A DNA stretch of 63,648 nucleotides from Hemiscyllium ocellatum (taxonomy: Eukaryota): the NCBI RefSeq assembly GCF_020745735.1, contig NW_026867509.1, positions 1,674,353 through 1,738,000 of the forward strand. The letters run 5' to 3'. Under the pieces are notes generated by a model. The model was not told where the DNA came from. It made no database searches and saw nothing but the letters and a program-made list of their open reading frames with translations. Shown here piece by piece: positions 12,623-23,139 of this stretch (position 1 is its first letter; every line of letters starts with the position of its first letter). The position numbers and the translations under genes were made by a program.

Positions 12623-13085
12623 ATGGGAGTTATACTTGTCCTTTTACAGTGTACCTATATACTCGGTTAGTACGGATCCAACAATCCAACATGGTGCACA
12701 ATTAGTACAAAGCTTCCCGAATCCATGAAAAAAAAATCGGCATTGTCTCTGGTTCAGTTCCTTTGTGCGGACTAATATCTCTCCGTTTAATTTCCAGAAT
12801 CCGTTTGTCAGTCAGTGGTACAGTCCCCACCAGCGGACATCAAGAAAGAGTGCCAGTCTTTCAGCATCGACTGCGTTTTCTACGGTGGCTTCTTTGCATA
12901 TCCTTTGAAGCGGGGGGAGTTCTTCAAACAAACAGAGACTGGAACAAAACGAGAGCGGATCTTGTCAGGAGGACGGTTTGTTGTGAGGACGAACACAGCA
13001 GAAAAGACATTTTCGCTGCAGGTTCAGGATGTGAATGTTAAGGACACTGCCACATATTATTGTAAAGCCTGGTATAGATATAGCA
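12623..13085 (+). CDS. NAR-TCR (IgNAR-like) V segment, intact: leader exon 12623-12665, V exon 12798-13085
   Basis: Leader MGVILVLLQCTYIL G|GTTAGT; acceptor TTTCCAG at 12791-97; spliced ORF ESVCQSVVQSPPADIKKECQSFSIDC..FFKQTETGTKRERILSGGRFVVRTNTAEKTFSLQVQDVNVKDTATYYCKAWYRY; lacks CDR2 as VNAR does; canonical Cys at 12872 and 13061, extra FR1 Cys at 12851. Confidence 0.93.
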
Positions 13086-13124
13086 CACAGTGATTTGACC
13101 CGGTCTCCCACCATACCAAAAAAC
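13086..13124 (+). other. 23-RSS of the NAR-TCR V
   Basis: CACAGTG (13086-92) + 23 nt + CCAAAAAAC (13116-24). Confidence 0.9.
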
Positions 13125-13466
13125 TCTCCGCATGTTATCACAGATGTAAATGAAATTCCGAAGCCCTTTAGCCTTGAACTCCCCACGTCTCCATCTCTGA
13201 CCACCAACTCCACAGTCCAGTTTATACCAAAACTAGGTTGTCGCTGTTATCATTTTGAGTTTTGTTAATGCTGAAAACGTTCGTTAGTGATGTCTTTTGT
13301 TTGATCGCTGTTAATTAATCCGTGTTGGGAATGACTGATCCCTCTTAAGCGTCACTAATAACAGATGGGATCCAATTCTGATGCTGGGACCTGGAGCCGC
13401 TTTTAAAACAAAAAAAATCGCTTCTGATTCATACCGAGAGATTTGATGCTGACTAGAAACATTGTG

Positions 13467-13481
13467 TGACTACTGGAATTA
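13467..13481 (+). other. NAR-TCR D segment (TGACTACTGGAATTA) flanked by 12-RSS on both sides
   Basis: 5' side: AGATTTGAT (13439-47, weak) + 12 nt + CATTGTG (13460-66); 3' side: CACGGTG (13482-88) + 12 nt + ACAAATATC (13501-09); lies between V and J. Confidence 0.82.
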
Positions 13482-13858
13482 CACGGTGAATGAGACCTAA
13501 ACAAATATCATGTCCAATTACAATCAATGTTCTGTGGCACGTCGCTACGTATGCATTAGAAGAAATTGGCGTCCTGGTTTGGTTTTATTGTACTTTCTGA
13601 CTTCTATTCTGGATATTTTGCATTGCACTCAATTTTTGAGAAGAGCTAATCTCCAGTTCAGGTTATTGTGCCTTGTCTCTAAGATTTTAGAATTTCCTCA
13701 AGGTCAACTTGAACTGACGTATTATATCCAAATTGGAATTGAGTGTACTGACTCAAAGCAACTCGATAATGAGGTAGAACCGAGTGATGATTTTTACCCA
13801 AGAGATTGGTGTGTCAGTAGTTATTTGCAAAGGTGTGACCGAGAACCTTGTCATTGTG

Positions 13859-13911
13859 GTACTACGAAGACACAGTGGATGGATCTGGGACAATGGTAAC
13901 TGTCACAGCTG
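13859..13911 (+). CDS. NAR-TCR J segment (YYEDTVDGSGTMVTVTA) with upstream 23-RSS
   Basis: GTTATTTGC (13820-28) + 23 nt + CATTGTG (13852-58); G-x-G-T-x-V-T-V motif; phase-1 donor G|GTAAGT at 13911/13912. Confidence 0.92.
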
Positions 13912-15129
13912 GTAAGTGAATTCAAAACCGACCGTGTTCAACATTGTGCAGGAAACTACTTACTGTAGTTGTATTCTTGTGATCTATATTCCCCCAACAT
14001 AACTTCATGTAAAATAAACATTTCTCTCAGGTAAGTTTTCATTGCAATTTTAGATTTGAGAGCAGAATTAGCAGCATGATTCATGGCTGAGAGTTAAACC
14101 TGAGACAAGCGTCAATAAGTTTGGTTGACCTGATCTGTATCATTCTTAGAAAAAAAAGGACATAAGATAATGCAAACATAATCCCAGTCTCTCACTCTCA
14201 ATGTCAATTGCTTTAAATGGATTCAGGTTATCAAACTGCTAAGTCCCAAGCACACATGTTGAATTGGATGTTACAGCGAACAATGGAACTGTCTTATGTG
14301 CAAAGGATTTCTGGCTGATTCTGACAATGGGAATGAGGAATCAGGAAAGAGCACCTTGTTTTGCAATGATTTGTCTGAGATCTGGAGTGGCACAAAGCCA
14401 AGAACATGTTAGAGCAGGCTACAGATTTCCTAGTTTTAGTCCTGGCAGAATTTTACAATTAGGCAGTCAGTGACTGAACTTAATTTTATCCTTTCTGATG
14501 TTTCTTTCTGTTGCCTAAATATTCGCATTAATTTCACCCCTTTCCTCCCTTAGAAAGAAAAGATAAACTTCAGGCACCCACCCATCGTAAATGTTAATTT
14601 TTGAAATGCTGATGCTGGTTTTTTTCGACTGGGATCTCGAATTTCCTGGCAAAGCACGAACAGCCAGATAAGAAACGAATGCAACGTTCCCTTTGAGTTC
14701 AACCTTTCAATTCATAGAAAGCAGACAATCAACGCAGTATTTAACAGTTTGACTAGAATCTAGATAATGCCTGATTTTGATAAACTGGCTCGTTTCAATC
14801 TGATAATTCATGGTCATTTCTGACTTTCGCACTCAAGTACCCGTCCAAGCGATGTCCGGTTTTAAGATGTTGCCCGGTTTGTCACTGTAGACGTCTCCAA
14901 AGTCTTTCTTTTATAACGACATTTTTTCCAGGTTCATGTCATGCCACCCTTGAATAACACTCTTATAACACTGAACTCATTAATTTAACTGTCGTGTAAA
15001 CAAGAGACATAAATATCCACTGTATGTTGAGTCAGTCTAAATACAGAGGCGAATTAACCTTTAATATCAGTGGGTTGCTAAGGCCTTGTGTTTCGTTTTG
15101 CTTCTTCCTTTCACAGCAAGCGGATCTAT

Positions 15130-16160
15130 TGTTCGGTCAGAGGGTGGTGGTGCAGTGTTGCTCTGAGAACTGGGGGACTGTGACCAGCGGTATGTCACAA
15201 GGATCGGTGCTGGGTGAACTGCTTTTTGAATGTGAATAACGGAGGTCTAGTTAATAAGATTCGAAGAGACGCCAAAGTTGGTGATATAGTAGACAAAATA
15301 AATTACCTCAGAAACAACTAGATCTTGGTAAGATGGTTGTTGGGTTGTGGAATGGCAAACAGTGTTTAGAATCGATGAAAGATGAGATGCAGCCTTTTTT
15401 AGTGCAAATAATGGCAGACGTCTACATTTAGTGGTAAGGACCTGGTGAGCCTTGACATATAAAGAGATGTACTGCAGGTTCTTTGCAATTGGAGTCGCAG
15501 GTAGACAGTAAAGTGAAGAAGGAGTTTCTGAAGGGTCCCATTCTTTGTCAGTGCATTCAATATAACACTTAGGAGGGTCACGTTGCACCTGAACAGGACA
15601 TTGGTTAGGCCATTCGTATACTGCGTTCAATTCTGGTATCCCTGCTATAAGAAAGATATTGTGAAACTTATAAAGGACTCAGAAGAGATTTGCACATATG
15701 TTCCGAGGTTTTGAGGCATAAGCAGATACATAATGCACTGAGGATTTTCTCTCCCTCGAGATTCAGAGGCTGTGTTGTGACATGACAGAAGTTTGTTAAA
15801 TGATGAGCAGAATAGATAGAGTGAATAGCCAATATCTTTTCCACAGCGTGAGGGAGTCCAAAATTAGAGAGCATCGCTTTCATGCGAGGGGGGAGATTTA
15901 AACGGAACCTAAACGTTAACTTTCTCATGTTGAGTGTGGCGCGCTTTTGGAATGAACTGCCAGAGCAAGGCACACACACAGTTACAATTGCAACATTTGA
16001 AAGTCAACAGGATAGGCATTTAAATAGGAAGGCTGACGTGGGACGTGGAATGTGGGATAAATGCTGGCAATTGGGACTAGATTAATTGAAGATTCCTCAT
16101 CATCATGGACGAATTGGTCTGATCGGTCTGTTTCCATGCTAGACATCTCTTTGAATCTAC
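15130..16160 (+). mobile_element. CR1 LINE 3' half, decayed, in the J to supporting-V intron
   Basis: TSGMSQGSVLG motif (ORF 15024), GGRFKRNL (ORF 15882), CR1-type tail GGTCTGTTTCCATGCT near 16125. Confidence 0.8.
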
Positions 16161-17629
16161 GAAATTGAAGTTCAACTTCAAACACAGGGGCACAGTTACC
16201 TATAGGATTACAGGGGGTTGTATTATATTAACCATAATTTATGAAAACGGCTGTACTTAATAAAAACGTATCCATTTCTTAAGGGATCTGATAAATAATC
16301 CACATTGTGATAGATGTTTTAATGCAAACGATGTCAAAGTATTTGGAAATAGTGGGGGGCATAATGCGAAGACAGATGAGCCACGCTGATGTTCCTCAAT
16401 TTTCCGGCCCTATTTAAGGGAGGAATAGCCTCTCCTGTTCAGATTTTTGCATCATCAACTTGATTTAGTTTTACACCATTCAATAAAAGCTTGAGCAGGA
16501 TTATGTGTCATTTTGAAAGTTTGAAAAGCCTGGGGCTCCTTTCGAAATTTGGCAGAATGAAAAGGTTCCAGAGAAATCATTGACCTTCACTTAATAGCGA
16601 AACCAAATGCATGTGGAGACTGGTCCAATTGTATGTCACTCAATACGAAAGCGCCTTGCAATACATGAAGTGCCAAGACAATAGATAGATATATTCGGGG
16701 GAATTTATTTGAACTGGGACAGTTCAGAATGTGGAGCTGGCTGACAAGTGGATTGGTTGGAACGAATGGTTCATTATGATGATGGCGTCATTGCAAAATA
16801 GAGAAAGAAAACTGGAAGGGAATGGAAGGAAATGGGAATCAGTTAGAAACGTGATAGTTCCAGTTTAGGAGGGAGAAGGCATTTGGAGCGCAGAAAAACA
16901 GATGCAGTCAATTACCCTGAATGGACGATGCTTGATCTGATGTCTCCATGTGATTCAAATTTCAGAGAACACCTTGCCAGAAATCTCGGAGAACTGTTCA
17001 TCAATGGAGTGAGGCATTGAAATTGTCAGATATCCTGAGAATCTAGTTCTCAGTGCCTGAAAAACCACTGTGTAAGTGCCAATGCCGGAACCCAAATGTC
17101 AGTTGTGCGACTTTGGAACCAATTCACAGGATGGGAAACAGCAAGCCAATGTCACAAAATGAGAGCTATAGATTTTCAAATGAAATGATTTGAAGAAATT
17201 ATTAGAGAAGTGAAATCAAAAGAGATTAGTTCCATGGTATATGGAAAGACGAATAGTTCCAAGGTTAGCCTGGAGCTACAGTGTGGTTATGGAATGTCGC
17301 AGTACGTTGACATACAGGCATAAAATAATGAAACTGTTGTGATAAATTGCAAAATTATACAATCATTCTCATAAGCTATAGTGAAAGGAGCATTCAGTCC
17401 AAAAGCATTTAGATTGTTAAATCTGTAGAACATGCTTTGAAACCAACGAGAACATTGTATTAGTTAGTGGGAAACGCCATTTTGGACGGATGTGAAGGCA
17501 GGAGAGAGCATGCAGAAACATATACATGAATTATTTCACGGTATAACGAATTTGGAGCTGGAGCTGGATTGAAGATGTTCTGGCTACTTTTCTTCAACAA
17601 GTGAAGTTCGAAAAAAATCGAGAACAAAG

Positions 17630-18230
17630 AACAATACAGCACAAGATCAGGGCCTTCACTTCTCTGAGTTTCCATTGACACATTTTCCCTTCCATACCAC
17701 AACTTTCTCCACACATGATCTGTATCTTTTCATTCCCTTCCTTTCAGTGTATTCGTCCAGGTACTTGTTGAAATCTGCTACTGTGCCTGCTTACATCGTC
17801 TCCTTTTGCAACGCCTTCCGGGCACTCCCCTCTCTTTGTGTGAAAAACTTGGATCGCGTACCTCTTCTACGATCTCCCGCCTCGCACCTTGAACTTGTTT
17901 CGCCGAGGAATTCATCCCTCCACCCTGGGAAAAAAAACTCATACTTTCCATCCCCTTCGTGCAATTCACAATCTTACAGGCGTCTGTCAGATCGCCCTGC
18001 AATCTCCTGCGTTCCTGTGGCAACAAACCCATTCTACCCAAACTTTTTTCACAGCTAAAATCCTCCATACCAGGGAAGTCCTGTCGAACAGTTTTAGTAT
18101 GGGCCCCAAACCATTCGCTTCCTCCATACTTAATGAAGTTAATCAAAATCATGAACAGTGTGGACAGAGCAGATAGTGTCAAACTGCTCCAATTGGTGGA
18201 AAGCTCCAGAACTGAAACAAACACATTGAA
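17630..18230 (-). mobile_element. CR1 LINE 3' end, decayed
   Basis: Minus ORF 17778-18224 has LGRMGLLPQERRRLQGDL, the CR1 RT C-terminal motif. Confidence 0.75.
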
Positions 18231-19104
18231 TAGATAAAAGAATCAATGACGACTTAAGCAAAATGAATTTAATTTCAATGTTTGTGATGTATAATGTAAT
18301 TCCTGAGACTGCAAGAAAGGCAAACTTGGCCAAGGTGTTCTAGAGGAAATTGCATAATTATCTAAGAAGGAAGTGTGTGTCAGCCGCTGGCAGAGAGTGG
18401 GAAGTGGTAGTCATTGAATTCCTCATTCAGAGACACAGTATGTGCACGTCAGACCGAATGATCTTCTGCTGTGCCAGTACTGTTCTTAATTATCTTCCCG
18501 AATACTGTGGCCTACAGATACTTACCGTTCATCTAGGTCAATAACTGCTGATGAGTTTTATGACGTTCTGTTGGATCTTACTGACCATAAAGATGTAACA
18601 TGGCGGGGGTAATTGTCTGTTATGTAAATCTGCAGAGTGAACATCTGAGTGAAGAGGAGCATGAACTATTTTTTTTCCCAGATGTACATTTAACAGAAAT
18701 ACAGAAGAAGATTTTTAATAAAATCGATTGAAGCAGACAACACAGTATCGGTAGTGCATGTGTAGATACTTCAAATAAAACCAATTCCTCCCATTCTGTA
18801 GTTTTTGCCCGTTCTCGTGGGATCCTTCCCTGTTGCAGTTCATTTGCAAATTCCGTTTGAAATTTAGTCTTAATTCTGAATTCTTATCATGCATTCTGAT
18901 GTTTGAATCTGGTAATAACAACGCACTCTGCCAACAGCAAGAAATTGCAACATCTGGATACTAATTTGTTAATTATGATGAAGACCGTGTCAAAGCTGCG
19001 TTAAATTAAGAAAAAAATCTCTTAATAACAGAAATGTTTGCACGATTTCCAGGTTTCCAGCACAACCAGTGCTCTAAAATCTTTTTTCTTAATATGTTCT
19101 CTAG

Positions 19105-19414
19105 ATTCCCCGTCCCTGGAGTCTCACAGCTCTACTGTCAAAACCTCAGTTGCAGGTGACACCATTACCTTAAGCTGTAAATATTCAGGATTCTGTCAGT
19201 ACACAGTTTACTGGTACCGTCATGCCCCAGGACAGGCTCTGGAATACCTGCTTCAGAGATACACTTCAGGACAGCTGAATAACAAAAATGCAGCGGGAGG
19301 AAGAATTTCTGCTGATATTGACTCTGCAGCGAAAATTACTCGTTTATATATCGCCACAATACAACAAAGTGACTCTGCTGTGTATTACTGTGCACTGAGT
19401 CGGAGCTCAGCATA
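19105..19414 (+). CDS. Supporting TCR-delta V (leaderless, NAR-TCR type), intact exon
   Basis: Acceptor TTCTCTAG at 19097-19104, phase 1 matching the J donor; DSPSLESHSS..TITLSCKYSGFCQYTVYWYRH..LEYLLQRY..DSAVYYCALSRSSA; non-canonical CDR1 Cys at 19194; no leader exon found upstream. Confidence 0.93.
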
Positions 19415-19574
19415 CACTATGATCCAAATGACGCAGAGAACTGTACAAAAACGTAACCAGACTAACGATTAGGACACAGTGACACAGAGCACAGACAGAG
19501 CTGTACAAAAACCTGAACGTCCTGACGATTGCAGCAACAGCAATACAGAGAACAGAGACAGCTGTACAAACAAA
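19415..19574 (+). repeat. Tandem array of three ~60-bp units, each carrying a 23-RSS or RSS remnant
   Basis: Unit 1: CACTATG (19415-21) + 23 + ACAAAAACG (19445-53); unit 2: CACAGTG (19475-81) + 23 + ACAAAAACC (19505-13); unit 3: AACAGCA (19536-42) + 23 + ACAAACAAA (19566-74); all share CTGT before the nonamer; units 1 and 2 share ACGATT. Confidence 0.9.
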
Positions 19575-21239
19575 TGAAGTGGTTTGCAGTTGAGGGATAT
19601 GGGAAATTTGAAATCTTGGACTGCAGCATAGAAACTTTATTCATTGTGTGGTAATTCATCATATATAATGGAAAGATGATAATTTTATGAATGAGATTGT
19701 GATTTTGTGAACATTAATTTTAGATATTACTTTCTGCATTTTTCAATACTTTTCTTAGAAAACTGGTACTTGGGGAAGATGATTTGTTCTCTTCTACGCA
19801 GGGAGAGAATAGACAAAGCAGATTCAATGAACACTTACAGAATTTGTTCAAATTTGTGGAGTTCTGGAGAAGCAGAAAGAGTCGGGGTAACACTGCTCCA
19901 GAAAGCAGTGATAATAACAAGATGACAAATGCATGAATATTTGATTTTAAATTTGAATTTACATTTTTGGAGGGAAATAAATCCCAGTTAGACAAGTACT
20001 TTCTAGCAAGATTTTATGTGAATGCATAAACTGTGTTTCTTAATGTTCACAGAAAAATCAGATGAAAACGATAGATTCAGGTCAGCTGAGTTTCCATCAT
20101 CAACAACTTACCATTTCCATTTATTACATTAATTGTCATGGAAGGTGTATTCTTCCTTCAAGGGAGTAGATTTTTCCACTTCACCTTAATTTGAATTTAG
20201 AAGTTAATTTTATTTTATCATATTTTATTCATTGAATAAAATAACTTTGGTTAGTTTGAGGTTTTACACCATCGTGAGAAACTGCTCAGAAGACTCAACT
20301 GTCAGTTAGATTCTGTTTGTGCAGGTTCTGTTGTGGTTTTACTATTACTCACTAGCATGTGCAACTTCTACGTCCTGAAAAACTTAAATTCCCGAAAAAA
20401 AAATTTCCTGATTCTGTCCGGTGCTCCACGAAACTCCACGAGTTTTACATTATGTACAATGCTCAGGACAGGGGTGGGCGAATCAACTCTCAACTGGAGA
20501 ATGACATAATTTTGTACTCTACAATAAAGGTTCACCGCTCTAACCACAGCAAACCAGTTTCACCAAGGCATCGTGCTCTTCTTTTCCGTTCTCCCCACTG
20601 TAATTTTTCTTCTCCTGACATCACCTCACGAACTCCATGCACTCGACTGTCAATGAGGTCTGATGTGATTCGGTAACAAAAATATTTCTTCTCGAGCTGT
20701 GCTGTTATTGAACTGATGGATTGGTCGTTCTTTATTCTTCACCAATCCACTAAATAAGGAATTTCTAATCCTGCCTCTTTGAACACATGCGGAATTTGAA
20801 TATTTTTTATAATATCAGCTCTTCATTCCCGGTGTTACAGTTCTTATGGACGAGACGAGAGCACGTAAAAATATCTTAAGAAGGGTGCCAAGACCCTAAC
20901 ATTTTCTTATTGTAAAAATAGATGCGAACTCATTGCTCCAGATATGATGAGACTGATGAAATAACACAACATTAAACAAAACACAACTAATTTATGTCAT
21001 GAAGTTAAAATGCAAACAAAAGAAAACATTATTTAGAATAACTTAACGAGTGAAAAACATAACCTATTAATACATAAAGTACAATTTCCTAACTAATTGT
21101 TCGAATACCGCAACTACCATAACAGTTCCCTGGCAAGACGGCATTCGAGAAAAGCGTTCCTGCTGGAGCGCTTCTACCCTGCTACTCTTTCTCTTTCCTT
21201 TGGTTATTTTTCTCTCTCTTTTTTCTTGTTCTCCCCTGA

Positions 21240-21855
21240 ACCCCAAAACCGAATCGTCTTGCAGCAGCAGGCATGCATACCAAGTACCTGAGCAACGAGG
21301 CCTGACAGAGAGCCTGGTTTACAAGCTCTAAATTATCATGTAGTTGGAAGGACCCAGAATCCCTGGAGCAGCGCATGGGATGCAAATCTCCGAGCATCAC
21401 GTGAGCTGTGAGTCCTAGAGCAGCACAAGAAGTCACCTCGGACACGTGAGTAAGAAGCGCGATCTGGACCGAGACTGGCTTGGGGAAAGCAATACTTGAA
21501 CTTACCTTGGAGCAACTGAGTGCTAGAATGGAGTTGACTTGAGGCTTGCAGTGGAGCTGGTAGATTGGAATCAACGTGGATGCGCTATGCTGAGCTGCAA
21601 CGATGTCATGTGTATTTGAAATGTCTTGTCTTGCTGTAATGTCAATCCTTTAAATGTGTTCTTTTTTCGATCTTAGTTTTAAACTCTGTAAAGTAATGCA
21701 ACTACTTGTATACCTCTGTTGTATGCAGGATTTCTACCGAGGTACTTGTACTTAAGATGTCGCCTTCAGAAGGCAGACAGTTTAAAACATTTTCACGAAA
21801 TTCTTGCAAAGGAATGCATGTTACAATAACGAATATGCTATTCTATTCTATTTTG
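21240..21855 (+). repeat. Interspersed repeat (probable LINE 3' UTR) ending in (TTCTA)n
   Basis: Tail CTATTCTATTCTATT at ~21838-21852; homologous to the inverted copy at 10845. Confidence 0.55.
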
Positions 21856-23139
21856 TTATATTTAGTTCTGATTTATTACATTGTATTCTCAACACACCTC
21901 TTGGCAAAGAGGTCAATTCAAAGACAGGGCTTAATGTACTTCTACAATACAAGAGGGAACAACATAAAGAGAGATTTCAGAAAAAGTAGCAGCTCAGAAT
22001 CATTCACTGAAGCGTCCAGCTCTTGTGGGACTACAAATAGCATCTGACTGCTCAAGCTGAAAATATCGAGAATCCCTGGTTACTTACTGCATGAATACTG
22101 ATTACTTCAGCACAAATCAGACATAAACCAGGCTCTCAGTCTCCTCGTTAAGTACAACAGGCACCTCTACAAACACTTATTAACTCGCCATCACAAGTAA
22201 CTATCACAACTGCCTTTTCTCTCGCTGATCCTTCTGTTTTCTTTTATGAGTCGAAACTCATTTGTATTTCTCACTGCATGATTCCCAGTACGCCGACGCT
22301 AACTTTTTCTGTTGTACGAAATGACATGATTGTTTCTTATTTCCTTTCACTTAACTTTACTCCTGTTGTTAACTTAAGTGTTAAATCATGGGAGGAGATC
22401 CTATGCACCTCCAATGCAATTTGGTAATTCAAGGACAGTTCCCATGTCCCTGATTCCTTCATGTGCAGGATGTGTTCCCAGATGCAGCCCCTGTCTGACA
22501 CTTTGATAGCTCGGTAGATGCGGGTGGACTCACTTTGGAGCTTCAGCGAGATGGAAAAAGCTATGGATAGCACGTTTAGTAACTTAGTCACACTATAGAT
22601 AAAAAAAACACTTAGGAAGAGTGATCAACAGTGTGGCAAAGCTGTCTCTTTAAAAAGTTATTTTGTCCATAGATTATTTTGAAAAATGGTCAGAGGTACA
22701 GAAATATTGGGAAAGATCCTAGTGTAACAAAAACAGGAGAGTGTTCTGTTCTCCCAGTTCAATATTTTATAAGTTTCCTATTGCTGTATCAATCAGAAGC
22801 TGCTGGTTTTCGGTATAACAGCGGAAGCTGCGGCAGTGAATAATGTTCCATGCTTCAGCAGAAGATGCTTGACTGATTTTCCTTTTGAAATCTCTTCTCC
22901 TGTAAGACTCTGTGCATGAAATTAACTTTTGTCATGGTGTGCATTTTGAAATGTTATAGGATATGGAACAGCTCCTTCGCTAATTTTATGTGTCGGTCAT
23001 TTAAGTTTCCAGAAGTTAAGATCTACTAAATTTTATTTCCTATTGTTTGTGTTTCAACTGTAGCGTTTAAATGCATTCTGTTTTGCTTCAAGCCCTGTGG
23101 TTCAGTCAGCTGCCTCCTTATCTGCCTTAAGATAAGGAA

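Noticed and set aside
19415-19574. CRISPR-like repeat/spacer periodicity
   Set aside because: Vertebrate DNA; the units are RAG recombination signals, and there are no cas genes
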